From a virus (Duplodnaviria > Heunggongvirae > Uroviricota > Caudoviricetes), in IMG/VR virus record IMGVR_UViG_2531839531_000011: DNA of 38,542 nucleotides. One strand, given 5' to 3'. The position numbers and the translations under genes were made by a program. How positions within the stretch are numbered: position 1 is the first letter of the stretch; every line of letters starts with the position of its first letter. Under the pieces are notes generated by a model. That model did no database searches, was not told the origin of the DNA, and was given only the letters and a program-made list of their open reading frames with translations. Below, one piece after another: positions 32,790 through 38,542 of the stretch.

Positions 32790-33970
32790 GCACCTCCCAG
32801 CACCGCAAATGCGGGACCAAAGAATTCATCAGTAAACGTCTGGTAAAGCTCCATGTCTTCCAGTGGCGGAACGGGCGTATATTTGTAGCGAATACGCACA
32901 CGTCCCTGACGTAAATCCGTTGTGCTGTTATCCACCACGTCATACCAGCACTCCGCACCAATCAGTTTCCCGGCAGTAACCAGCGAATCCAGTTTTGCCC
33001 TGATGGCGCTGATAACGTCCTTCACGTTCGCAGGCGTCAGTGGACTGTCGATGGTTTCAAACTGCGCTTCCGCAATTGAATCAGCCAGCACCTGTGCGGT
33101 TCGGGTATACACCTCAAAGATGTAGGCGTTCGTTTCCGGTGTGCGGTTGCCCCAGAAGCGGAACCCGTTGCGACGAATAATGGTCGTGATTTCTTTGTTA
33201 TTGAGACTGTTGGCATCACTGTCTTCGGCCTGCAACGACCAGAACACATGCCTCGACATCCCCAGCACATTTTTGACCGGAACGTTGGACAGCGATTTGT
33301 GCCAGCCCTGCTCATGGTCAATGTACGCACGAAGGCCGCACGCATAGGCAGGCGCGGGGAACGTTTCGTTTTTGCCACTTTTCGGGTTGTAGGCGATGAA
33401 GTCCGGCCATAAGAGCATCACCTCACGTTCGTTGAATTTCTGGCGGTAGGTAATTGCCTCAGCCATCGTGTTACAGTCATGACATGAGGCATACACAAAC
33501 GCGCGCAGTTTACCCGCAATCACGCACAGGGATTTTGTTACCGCTTCCGTGTCCAGCTCCGGCGCGGCCAGAATACGCGGACGGTATCCGATGCTTTCAT
33601 CCTGCTCTGCAACAAGCAGCGCATACATCCCCGTATAGCTGCCGTCATCCTCAGAACCACCGATAACCAGTTGATCCTGCGTCTTTCCGTCTTCTTCTTT
33701 GTGTTCAGCCACGCGAACGACGATCACCTTTGTGCTCACCTGGTCTGCGATGGCCTTAAGCGCACGATAAAGCGTCCCCGTTGTCCCGCATTTTCCCAGC
33801 ACGTCATTGACGCGGGTCAGCAGTGTGGGCTTGTTCAGCGGGAACAGCTTCGCGTCCGCATCATCCGCCGTTGCCACGATACCGATAACGCTGGAATCAA
33901 CATCGTTAATCGCTGTTACCAGGTCGGTATTTTCCGTAACACGGGCACCATGAAAACGAGTTTCACTCAT
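32786..33970 (-). CDS. FI: Contractile tail sheath protein (P2 gpFI-like)
   Basis: 394 aa; size and position as for P2 FI. Confidence 0.9.
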   Translation of the reverse strand: MSETRFHGARVTENTDLVTAINDVDSSVIGIVATADDADAKLFPLNKPTLLTRVNDVLGKCGTTGTLYRALKAIADQVSTKVIVVRVAEHKEEDGKTQDQLVIGGSEDDGSYTGMYALLVAEQDESIGYRPRILAAPELDTEAVTKSLCVIAGKLRAFVYASCHDCNTMAEAITYRQKFNEREVMLLWPDFIAYNPKSGKNETFPAPAYACGLRAYIDHEQGWHKSLSNVPVKNVLGMSRHVFWSLQAEDSDANSLNNKEITTIIRRNGFRFWGNRTPETNAYIFEVYTRTAQVLADSIAEAQFETIDSPLTPANVKDVISAIRAKLDSLVTAGKLIGAECWYDVVDNSTTDLRQGRVRIRYKYTPVPPLEDMELYQTFTDEFFGPAFAVLGGA

Positions 33971-34126
33971 AGCTTCAGCCCCTTGTATCCGTTAAATGAT
34001 TCGGCAACAATCATCACCCACCACGCGCGTAATCTCACCCCTGCGCCGTTCTCCCGCCACGGCGACAACAAAAAGCAGTAACCCACTCCGCACGCACATG
34101 CGACCATGCCGCACAGGGAGGGAAAG

Positions 34127-35236
34127 ATGACCGACACCACCATGCAATTGCTCAGTCAGAGCACAGACCCCGTGAAAATGCCGGATTTTGATATTCTCGC
34201 GGAGGGGGAAACGCTGTCCGGCGTGGCAGAGCGCCTGATGAGTCTGTCACTGACTGACAACCGGGGATTTGAAGCGGACCAGCTCACCATCACGCTGGAT
34301 GATGCGGATGGTCAGTTGCAGCTACCGCCACGGGGCGCGCGCCTGACGGTTCTCATTGGCTGGAAAGGAGAACCGCTGACAGAAAAAGGCACTTACATTG
34401 TTGATGAAATCGCTCACGAAGGACCGCCGAACAGGCTGACGGTTTCAGCCAGAAGCGCAGATTTTCGGGATGAATTTAACGTTAAACGTGAGGTGTCCTG
34501 GCATGATGTGACCGTTGAGCGAGTGGTATCCGCCATCGCTCATCGGTATGGTCTGAAACCGCAAATCAGCGAAATGCTGATGGATATCGAAATCGACCAC
34601 GCCGACCAGACCGAAGAAAGTGACATGTCCTTCCTTACGCGCATGGCGGAAATGCTGGGCGCAATCACCACGGTAAAAAGCGGTAATCTGTTATTCATCA
34701 TGCCCGGCGGTGGCGTGAACGCACAGGGCCAGCCGTTGCCATCGTTCGCCATCACACGCAGCAGCGGCGATCGCCATCAGTTCCGCATTGCTGACCGCGA
34801 GGCGTATACGGGGGTACGCGCTTACTGGCTTGATCTTAATTACGGGAAAAAGAAAAAAGTCAGCGTGAAACGCCGCAAACCGCCAAAACCCAAAAAGGAG
34901 AAAAGCAGCAGCCGTGAAGGTGATTATATGGAAGGCGCAGAAGGCAATGTGTTTGTGTTACGCAAGACTTATCAGAACGAGCAGGCAGCAAGACGCGCAG
35001 CAGCGGCAAAATGGCAGCAGCTACAACGCGGAGCCGCATCATTCTCCATCACGCTGGCGCGTGGACGCGCAGAACTCTATCCCGAAATGCATGGCACGGT
35101 GAAAGGCTTCAAAAGTGACATCGACAATCAGGACTGGATTATTGCAAAAGCTGAGCACACCATTGATAACAGCGGCTTTACCACACAGCTTGAGCTTGAG
35201 GCAAAAATCCCGGAATGGATAGCGGAAACAGAGTGA
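34127..35236 (+). CDS. D: Late control/tail protein D (P2 gpD-like); ORF extends to 34106, AGGGAGG RBS favours 34127
   Basis: Size and position immediately before ogr. Confidence 0.75.
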   Translation: MTDTTMQLLSQSTDPVKMPDFDILAEGETLSGVAERLMSLSLTDNRGFEADQLTITLDDADGQLQLPPRGARLTVLIGWKGEPLTEKGTYIVDEIAHEGPPNRLTVSARSADFRDEFNVKREVSWHDVTVERVVSAIAHRYGLKPQISEMLMDIEIDHADQTEESDMSFLTRMAEMLGAITTVKSGNLLFIMPGGGVNAQGQPLPSFAITRSSGDRHQFRIADREAYTGVRAYWLDLNYGKKKKVSVKRRKPPKPKKEKSSSREGDYMEGAEGNVFVLRKTYQNEQAARRAAAAKWQQLQRGAASFSITLARGRAELYPEMHGTVKGFKSDIDNQDWIIAKAEHTIDNSGFTTQLELEAKIPEWIAETE

Positions 35237-35278
35237 AGAACTTAGAATAGCGGCAGCACCACGTTAAGGGAGGTCGCT

Positions 35279-35539
35279 ATGTTCCGTTGTCCGCTTTGTG
35301 GCGCATCTGCCCGTATCCGCACCAGTCGTCCGGAAAATGATTCAAACACCGTGCGGCAAAAGTATTACCAGTGTAACAACCTGGAATGCGGCGTATGCTT
35401 CTCAACACTGGAAGCCTTCCATAAATTCACATCGAAACACGCCTCCGGCGTTCACTCATCAGAAGGTATTCCGTGGCATGAGCTGCCAGCTTCACACAGG
35501 GGAAACAATCAGATGAGTTTGCCTTTACCTCAGAATTAA
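35279..35539 (+). CDS. ogr: Ogr/Delta-family zinc-finger late transcription activator
   Basis: MFRCPLCGASARIRTSR...YYQCNNLECGVCF matches the recalled Ogr Cys4 pattern. Confidence 0.85.
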   Translation: MFRCPLCGASARIRTSRPENDSNTVRQKYYQCNNLECGVCFSTLEAFHKFTSKHASGVHSSEGIPWHELPASHRGNNQMSLPLPQN

Positions 35540-35627
35540 CAGGCAGAATTGCCGGAGTAACAAAAAAGCGATAGATTACGTGCGGGTGCCTTTCGGCTGA
35601 TGGTCGGAGGGAATACCCGAAGGCCAG

Positions 35628-35813
35628 ATGTGGAAAGGCCCCGAGTCAACTTTAACGTTAACCCGAGGCCCTAACCATCTACCCTTAGCAAGTGATAGGT
35701 TAGCGCCTCCCCGAAAAAGGAGCAAGCGCTATGTCGCAAAAATCGCTTACGGCCATCACGTTCTGCGTGACGGCAATCCTCATCATCTGGATGCTGCACG
35801 GTTCGCTGTGTGA
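35628..35813 (+). CDS. Mok-like overlapping reading frame (modulator of hok translation)
   Basis: 61-aa ORF overlapping the hok-like start in another frame, as in hok/mok/sok loci. Confidence 0.4.
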   Translation: MWKGPESTLTLTRGPNHLPLASDRLAPPRKRSKRYVAKIAYGHHVLRDGNPHHLDAARFAV

Positions 35814-35871
35814 AATACGGATGAGCTTCTGGGGAGCGGAGTTTGCGGCGTTCTTACAGTGTAAGCAGTAA
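35731..35871 (+). CDS. Hok/Gef-family type I toxin (46 aa)
   Basis: MSQKSLTAITFCVTAILIIWMLHGSLCEIRMSFWGAEFAAFLQCKQ; hydrophobic helix plus SLCEIR signature; below ORF-track size cut-off. Confidence 0.7.
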   Translation: MSQKSLTAITFCVTAILIIWMLHGSLCEIRMSFWGAEFAAFLQCKQ

Positions 35872-35880
35872 GGAAACCGC

Positions 35881-35902
35881 GACGGGGGAGTAATCCCCCG
35901 TC
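35881..35902 (+). terminator. Hairpin GACGGGGGA-gtaa-TCCCCCGTC at the 3' end of the hok-like transcript
   Basis: 9-bp perfect stem read directly. Confidence 0.4.
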
Positions 35903-36048
35903 AATCAGTTGCCAGGATAAGGTCGATAAGGCATCCTGTCTCACTCTATACCAGCTAATCAATTGACACATATCAATAAAAAGCCTGATAAAATCAAAAT
36001 GTTTTGTTACAAATGTCAGCTAGTAGAGGGCCAAAGGAGGCAGATTAT

Positions 36049-36381
36049 ATGGCATTAATCAAATGTCCTGAATGCCAGAAAGAGGTGATCGATTCAGTAT
36101 TGTCTTGCCCTGCTTGTGGCAAACAACTGAAAAATCTTAAACGCTCATTTTTTGGAGAACTCATTAAGTGTTTTTTTATATTATTTAATGTTTTTATAAT
36201 CTACACGATTTGTATTGGGCTAAGAGAGGTGGGTGAAATAATAAACAACGCCACATCCGATGCCGAAAAAGCCGGTACAGTTATTGGTACGGGCTTAGGT
36301 TTAATTGCTATTGGAGGCTTATGGGTTATTGGCAATATCATTATCGGAAATTTAGTATTTCTTACTAAACCAAAGGGATAA
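36049..36381 (+). CDS. Zinc-ribbon (CPEC...CPAC) membrane protein, AT-rich cargo gene
   Basis: AGGAGG RBS before MALIKCPECQ; N-terminal Cys4 ribbon followed by two or three hydrophobic helices. Confidence 0.55.
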   Translation: MALIKCPECQKEVIDSVLSCPACGKQLKNLKRSFFGELIKCFFILFNVFIIYTICIGLREVGEIINNATSDAEKAGTVIGTGLGLIAIGGLWVIGNIIIGNLVFLTKPKG

Positions 36382-36385
36382 CAAA

Positions 36386-37279
36386 ATGAAAAATGTGATT
36401 ATTTCTATAGGCGCATCATTTATATCAATTAGTGTGCTACCTGCTCACGCAGCAACTGAGCATAATAACTTTAAGTCATCACTCCAGTGCCGAGCAATAG
36501 AAAATAATAAAGAAAGACTTTCTTGTTATGATAAGTCAATACAACCGACTCGAACGACAGTTGCTGAAAAATTCGAAAGCAGAGATCAATGCCCTGATGA
36601 GAAAGATGATGACAGACGTTTATCTTGTTATGACCGTTTTTTTTCTCCAACATTTACTCCGCCTGTAAGCTCAAAATCTAAAGTGAAACAGCTAGTAACA
36701 ACAGAGACTCAGCAACCAAATCTTTCTGAGATATCTAAATGTCGAGCAGAAAACGATAAAGAAACTAGAGTAAACTGCTACGATAAACTATTTCCACAGG
36801 AAAAAGCTACGCAATCTAAATCAAAATTAGAGAAAGCCACAGACTCAGGAAAATGGCACACATCCATTACTACATCGCCAATTGATGATTCGAAAAATGT
36901 AATTTTATCGTTAGAAAGTGATGATTATATAAGAACTCCATTTGGAGAAGCGGTTACCCCTACTCTGTTTATAGCTTGCCGAGAAAAGAAAACCGAAGTA
37001 TTTCTTAATTGGGATGTATATTTAGGCCTTGAACAAACCAGCATGCTGTATCGCCTTGATAAACAGAAAGCAGTTGAGCGAAACTGGCTAGTATCTACAG
37101 ATACAAAGGCTGTTTTTTATAAAGGCAATGACATTAACTTCATCAGAAAACTAGCCAACTCAAACAAAATGTATGCAAGAATAACCCCTTATAATGAAAG
37201 CCCTGTAAGTGCAACTTTCAATTTAAACGGCCTGTCAACCACGCTAAAACCGCTTCAAGAAGCCTGTAACTGGAAATAG
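36386..37279 (+). CDS. Secreted protein with three Cys-containing repeats (C-x10-R-L/V-S/N-CYDK/R) and a C-terminal domain, AT-rich cargo gene
   Basis: 297 aa; signal peptide ...VLPAHAAT; repeats at RLSCYDK, RLSCYDR, RVNCYDK. Confidence 0.6.
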   Translation: MKNVIISIGASFISISVLPAHAATEHNNFKSSLQCRAIENNKERLSCYDKSIQPTRTTVAEKFESRDQCPDEKDDDRRLSCYDRFFSPTFTPPVSSKSKVKQLVTTETQQPNLSEISKCRAENDKETRVNCYDKLFPQEKATQSKSKLEKATDSGKWHTSITTSPIDDSKNVILSLESDDYIRTPFGEAVTPTLFIACREKKTEVFLNWDVYLGLEQTSMLYRLDKQKAVERNWLVSTDTKAVFYKGNDINFIRKLANSNKMYARITPYNESPVSATFNLNGLSTTLKPLQEACNWK

Positions 37280-37309
37280 TATAAATCATGCGGCTAAGCC
37301 ACAATCACA

Positions 37310-37347
37310 GATAACACAAAGCCCGTGAAAACGGGCTTTGTGTTATC
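37310..37347. terminator. Strong bidirectional terminator: 16-bp perfect inverted repeat GATAACACAAAGCCCG-tgaaaa-CGGGCTTTGTGTTATC
   Basis: Read directly, just after the cargo genes. Confidence 0.6.
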
Positions 37348-37362
37348 TATAACTCGAAAATG

Positions 37363-37380
37363 TGGTCACTGCGTGGACAT
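37363..37380. other. Candidate attR core (gtggtcactgcgtggaca), direct repeat of 11..28
   Basis: 17/18 match to the sequence at the int 3' end; lies between cargo genes and host flk. Confidence 0.35.
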
Positions 37381-37546
37381 GCGCCGATACAAATCCTTTT
37401 ATATCAAAAAGTTAAATCAACATCTTTTTCATCAACAAGGATTTTCACGTTTGTGTTACCTGTATGAGACGAGAGTTAACCGGACAAGTGTGCCATAATC
37501 TCGCGGCCAGGCATACTTGCGAAGATTTCAGGTATAAGGATACGTA

Positions 37547-38542
37547 ATGATACAACCTATTTCCGGCCCTCCTCCTGGGCAACCACCAGGTCAGGGAGAT
37601 AACCTGCCGTCTGGCGCGGGCAATCAGCCTTTATCCAGTCAGCAACGTACTTCGCTGGAAAGCTTAATGACGAAAGTGACCTCACTGACGCAACAGCAAA
37701 GAGCAGAACTGTGGGCGGGTATCAGGCACGATATTGGTCTGTCGGGAGATTCACCGCTGCTTTCGCGTCACTTCCCTGCCGCTGAGCATAATCTGGCGCA
37801 ACGTCTGCTGGCCGCGCAAAAAAGCCATTCTGCCCGCCAGCTTTTAGCGCAATTAGGGGAGTATTTACGTCTGGGGAATAATCGTCAGGCGGTCACGGAT
37901 TATATCCGTCATAACTTTGGTCAGACGCCGCTGAATCAGCTCTCACCGGAGCAATTAAAAACCATTCTCACCCTGTTGCAGGAAGGGAAGATGGTTATTC
38001 CGCAACCACAGCAGCGCGAGGCGACCGACCGTCCTTTATTACCGGCGGAGCACAATGCGCTAAAACAGCTGGTGACCAAACTTGCGGCGGCAACGGGGGA
38101 ACCCAGCAAACAGATCTGGCAATCGATGCTGGAACTTTCCGGGGTGAAAGATGGCGAGTTAATTCCAGCGAAACTGTTTAACCATCTGGTGACCTGGCTA
38201 CAGGCGCGTCAGACGCTAAGCCAGCAAAATACGCCGACGCTGGAATCACTACAGATGACGCTAAAACAACCTTTAGATGCCAGTGAACTGGCGGCGTTAT
38301 CGGCATATATCCAGCAAAAATATGATCTTTCTGCGCAATCATCGCTTTCTTCTGCCCAGGCCGAGGATATTCTTAATCAGCTTTATCAACGGCGGGTTAA
38401 AGGGATTGATCCGCGTGTTATGCAACCGCTGCTTAATCCTTTTCCACCGATGATGGACACGTTGCAAAATATGGCAACGCGTCCCGCGCTGTGGATACTG
38501 TTAGTCGCGATTATCCTGATGCTGGTCTGGCTGGTTCGTTAA
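37547..38542 (+). CDS. flk: Host flagellar regulator Flk (C-terminally membrane-anchored)
   Basis: 331 aa; N-terminus MIQPISGPPPGQPPGQGDNLPSG and C-terminal hydrophobic anchor match my recollection of E. coli Flk. Confidence 0.75.
   Translation: MIQPISGPPPGQPPGQGDNLPSGAGNQPLSSQQRTSLESLMTKVTSLTQQQRAELWAGIRHDIGLSGDSPLLSRHFPAAEHNLAQRLLAAQKSHSARQLLAQLGEYLRLGNNRQAVTDYIRHNFGQTPLNQLSPEQLKTILTLLQEGKMVIPQPQQREATDRPLLPAEHNALKQLVTKLAAATGEPSKQIWQSMLELSGVKDGELIPAKLFNHLVTWLQARQTLSQQNTPTLESLQMTLKQPLDASELAALSAYIQQKYDLSAQSSLSSAQAEDILNQLYQRRVKGIDPRVMQPLLNPFPPMMDTLQNMATRPALWILLVAIILMLVWLVR

Noticed and set aside
33971-34126. Ogr-type late promoter site (TGT-N12-ACA) in the FI/D divergent region
   Set aside because: The single TGT present is not followed by ACA at the required spacing; late promoter positions remain undefined

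Overview
The window is essentially one complete P2-family (Peduovirus-like) temperate prophage of about 37 kb in an Escherichia-like chromosome, ending in a host gene I recognise as flk (37547..38542). All calls rest on reading the six-frame translations and the raw sequence; no database search was run, so family assignments are from recalled motifs and hand-counted coordinates may be off by 1-2 nt. Layout: integrase (1..1020, -), a two-HTH repressor, a Cox-like switch protein, a run of small early genes, replication protein A (6125..8947), an accessory hotspot (9.0-11.7 kb), then the portal/terminase/capsid/lysis/baseplate/tail-fibre genes, a Gin-family invertible tail-fibre segment, the sheath-tube-tape-measure block, D, ogr, and a right-end cargo region before a candidate attR. 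The main candidates for something new are: (1) a translationally coupled early-region operon ending in an SPFH/Band-7 lipoprotein (3197..5079), followed by a structured non-coding region; (2) the post-A hotspot carrying a ParM/ParR-like pair, a stand-alone ClpX-type zinc-finger protein and a Phd-Doc toxin-antitoxin pair; (3) the right-end cargo with a Hok/Mok-like type I toxin and an AT-rich two-gene pair (zinc-ribbon membrane protein plus a secreted Cys-repeat protein). I could not single out one of these as the novel system from sequence alone. Two structural points also stand out: the silent tail-fibre variable domain carries an in-frame amber stop, and the sheath-to-U tail block lies on the opposite strand from D/ogr, unlike canonical P2.
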